Positions 34,592 through 37,392 of a stretch of 37,392 nucleotides of DNA are shown one piece after another. This stretch comes from Chiloscyllium plagiosum (taxonomy: Eukaryota), in contig NC_057758.1 of assembly GCF_004010195.1 (NCBI RefSeq), positions 617,779 through 655,170 of the forward strand. The letters are read 5' to 3'. Every line of letters begins with the position of its first letter. The stretch's first letter is position 1. The notes under the pieces were generated by a model. It ran no database searches and was not told the DNA's origin. It worked only from the letters and a program-made list of their open reading frames with translations. Position numbers and translations under genes: made by a program.

Positions 34592-37121
34592 AGAACAGAG
34601 AACATTATAGCGCAGCCTTTCGGCCCTTCGGTCCTCGCTGTTGTGCCGACCTGGGAAACCAATGTGAAGACCATCTAACCATCTAACCTACACTATTCCA
34701 CTATCATCCTTTCAATGACAATTTAAATGCCCTTAAAGTTGAAGGCAGAGGATTTCACCGCTCTTACTACTCTCTGATTAAAGACCCTACTTCGGACCAT
34801 TTTCCTACGTCTATCACGCATCATTTGAAATGTATGTGCCGTCGTGCTAGCCATCACAATCCGAGGAAAACGGCTCTCACTGTCCATACTATCTAATCCT
34901 CTGACCATCTTGTATGTGCCCATTAACACACCTCTCAAGCTTCTTCTCTCAAGTCCCTCAGCCTTTCCTCTAAAGACCTTCCCTTTATACAAGGCAACAT
35001 CCTGGTAAATCTTCTCTGTACCCTCTACAATGCTTCCAAGTCCTTTCAATAATGTGAAGAACAGAAAAATATGCAATACTCCAAGTGCAGGCTGATCAGA
35101 GTTATGTACAGCTACAACATGACCTCATAGCGCCGAAACTCCCTCCCTCTATCAATAATAGCTAACACACCGCATGCCTTCTTAACAATCCTATCAACCT
35201 GGGAGGCAACTTTCAGGGATCTATGCATATTGATACCGAGGTCTCTCTGCTCATCCACACGACCAAGAATCTTACCATTAGCCCAGTAATCTGCATTCCT
35301 GTTCCTCTTTCTGAACTCAAGCACCACGCACCTTTCCACATGAACCTCCATATGCCACCTCTGTGCCCAGCTCTGCAGCTTAGCGCTGTCTGTCTCTAAC
35401 GTGAAACATCCTTTCACATTGTTCACAACTGCACCGATCTTAGTGTCATCTAAAAATTTACCAAACCGTCTTCCGACGCCCTCTTCCAGGTCATTTACTT
35501 AAAAGAATGACAAAGAGCAGTGGCCCCAAAACAGTTCCTTGTGGTGCACCACTGGTAAGTGAACTCCAAGATGAACACTTCTCTTCAACCACCACTTTCT
35601 GTCTTCTTTCAGCCAGCCAATTTCTGATTCAAATCGCTAAATCGCCCTCAATTCCATATCTCCATATTTTCTGTAGTAGCCGATCGCGGTGAATCTTGTC
35701 AAACGTTTTACTGAAATCCATATGCACCATATCAACTGTTTTACCTGCATCCAAATGTCTGGTCATCTTCTCGAAGAATTCAGCAATTTTTCTGAGGCAT
35801 GACGTACCCTTCATAAAACCATGTTGTCTGTCCCTAATCGCATTATTCCTTTCGAGATGAATATATCTCCTTTCTCGTGTATTCATTTCCATCACATTAC
35901 CCACAACCGAAGTCAGGCTCAGTGGTCTATAATTAACCGGGTTGTCTCTACTTACCTTCTTGGGCAAGGGGACAACATTTGCGATTCACCAGTCTTCTGG
36001 AAATATTACTGCAGACAACAATGATATAAAGGTCAAAGCCAAAGGCTCTGCACTCTCCTCGTAGCTTTCTAGAGATTCCTAGGATAATTCCCATATGACT
36101 CAGTTTTCACACTAGCTAATTTCACACTTTACAAAATTGCTAACAAATCACGTAATGAACCAATATCCCGTATCATCTGTATCTCAGTATTCTCTATGAC
36201 AACATCATCGGTTTCCTGTGTGAGTACTGAAAAAAACAAAATTTAGCGCCTCTACTCTCTCCTCGGACTCCACGCACAAATTCCCACGACTGTTCTTGAC
36301 TGACCCTAATCGTACTCTCATCATTCTTTTATTCCTGCCATATAATTAGAAAGTGCTACTGTTTCCCTTGATCCTATCGCGTTTCCAGTCAATATTTGGA
36401 AAGCTAAAGACCCCCATAACAACTACCCTGTTTCTTCTGCTGCTATTCAGAATCATTTTTACAATGCTTTCCTCTACAACTCTGAACATTTTCGGAAACC
36501 TATAGATAGGTCCTCACAATGTGCGCTCTCCTTTTATGTTACTAATCTCAGCCGATTCTATCCCAGTAGACAGGTCCTCTTCAAACGCCGTTTCTGCACC
36601 GTAGTTCTCTCTTTGACGAACATTGACACACATTCCCCTCTTTTACAACCTTCCCTGTTAATACTGAAATATCTAAACTCCAGAACCTAATCAACAACAA
36701 CCATTCCTATTCCTACTATATTCATGCCTCCGAATTAGCCACAACATCGACGTTCCAGATAACAACCCATGCTACAAGTTCATCCACCTTATTCCGAATG
36801 CCAGTAAACAAACTTCAAACCACCTTCCTGCATGCCAGTGCATTCGGATAATCTTGAAACCTTAATTATGACTTCATTACACTCAACATCCTGCACAATG
36901 GAGCTACACTTCGCTTCCCATCTCCCGACTGAATGAGATTAAATCCACGTTTTTAGCATCAGCAAATTATACCCCTGATCCCCATGTACCCCTCTGTTGC
37001 AAGAGTAGGCAATACAAGTGTAGTGAGTCCCACCGACTCCAGAATAAGCCTCAATTATCCAGGTCCCGGATTATCCAATAATCCGTCCACCCTGAATCAA
37101 TCTTGTTGCCACGTGTTCAAT
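34592..37121 (-). mobile_element. CR1 LINE, decayed, paralog of 20612-23598
   Basis: NPVNYRPLSLTSVVG...QHGFMKGTSCL...MDFSKTFDKI and KFLDDTK. Deletion junctions are shared with copy A. Confidence 0.85.
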
Positions 37122-37392
37122 TAGAACATAGAACATAGAAGAATACAGCGCAGTACAGGCCCTTCGGCCCTCGATTTTGCGCCGATCCAAGCCCCCCTAA
37201 CCTACACTAGCCCACTATCCTCCATATGCCTATCCAATGCCCGCTTAAATGCCCATAATGAGGGAGAGTCCACCACTGCTACTGCAGGGCATTCCATGAA
37301 CTCACGACACGCTGAGTAAAGAACCTACCCCTAACATCTGCCCTATACCTACCCCCCCTTAATTTAAAGCTATGCCCACTTGTAATAGCTGA
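37122..37392 (-). mobile_element. CR1 3' end, probably younger (runs off the window end)
   Basis: tagaacatagaacatagaagaatacagcgcagtacaggcccttcggccctcg is the reverse complement of a CR1 tail; CpGs are retained. Confidence 0.8.

Larger units (their letters stand above)
30213..37121 (+). repeat. Segmental duplication, copy B (paralog 15693-23598)
   Basis: Colinear with copy A. Both ends are cut by CR1 3' tails, at 30211 and 37122. Confidence 0.9.

Noticed and set aside
1..37392. CRISPR array or prokaryotic defence/retron system
   Set aside because: There is no repeat-spacer periodicity or operon-like gene density. All RT fragments are eukaryotic CR1 or Penelope type.

Overview
This is eukaryotic, repeat-dominated DNA, almost certainly from a shark or other elasmobranch. 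The assignment rests on HE1-type tRNA-derived SINEs, shark-type CR1 LINEs, Penelope-like elements and GPR139-like GPCR genes. I see no intact protein-coding gene. The host content is a decayed cluster of two-exon class A (GPR139-like) GPCR genes on the + strand: an orphan exon 1 at 3606, an exon 2 at 6845-7735, a full two-exon pseudogene at 15368-17148 and an exon 2 at 30766-31648. An old segmental duplication of about 7-8 kb (15693-23598 vs 30213-37121) produced the last two copies. The rest is nested CR1 LINEs, Penelope-like elements, SINEs, a probable solo LTR and microsatellites. The most notable observations are four. (1) Several short Penelope terminal-repeat inserts carry minimal hammerhead ribozyme cores; one has an intact core and is flanked by a 14-bp target-site duplication (TSD). 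(2) An unexplained decayed ORF of about 190 codons with a C(W)VC motif, possibly retroviral env-like, is present in both duplicate blocks. (3) Several SINE insertions are atypical, including a 111-bp flanking duplication around a 3'-truncated head and a head-to-head 188-bp inverted repeat. (4) There is a recent tandem duplication of about 475 bp. Family assignments come from motif recognition by eye, not database searches, and boundaries of old repeats are approximate.
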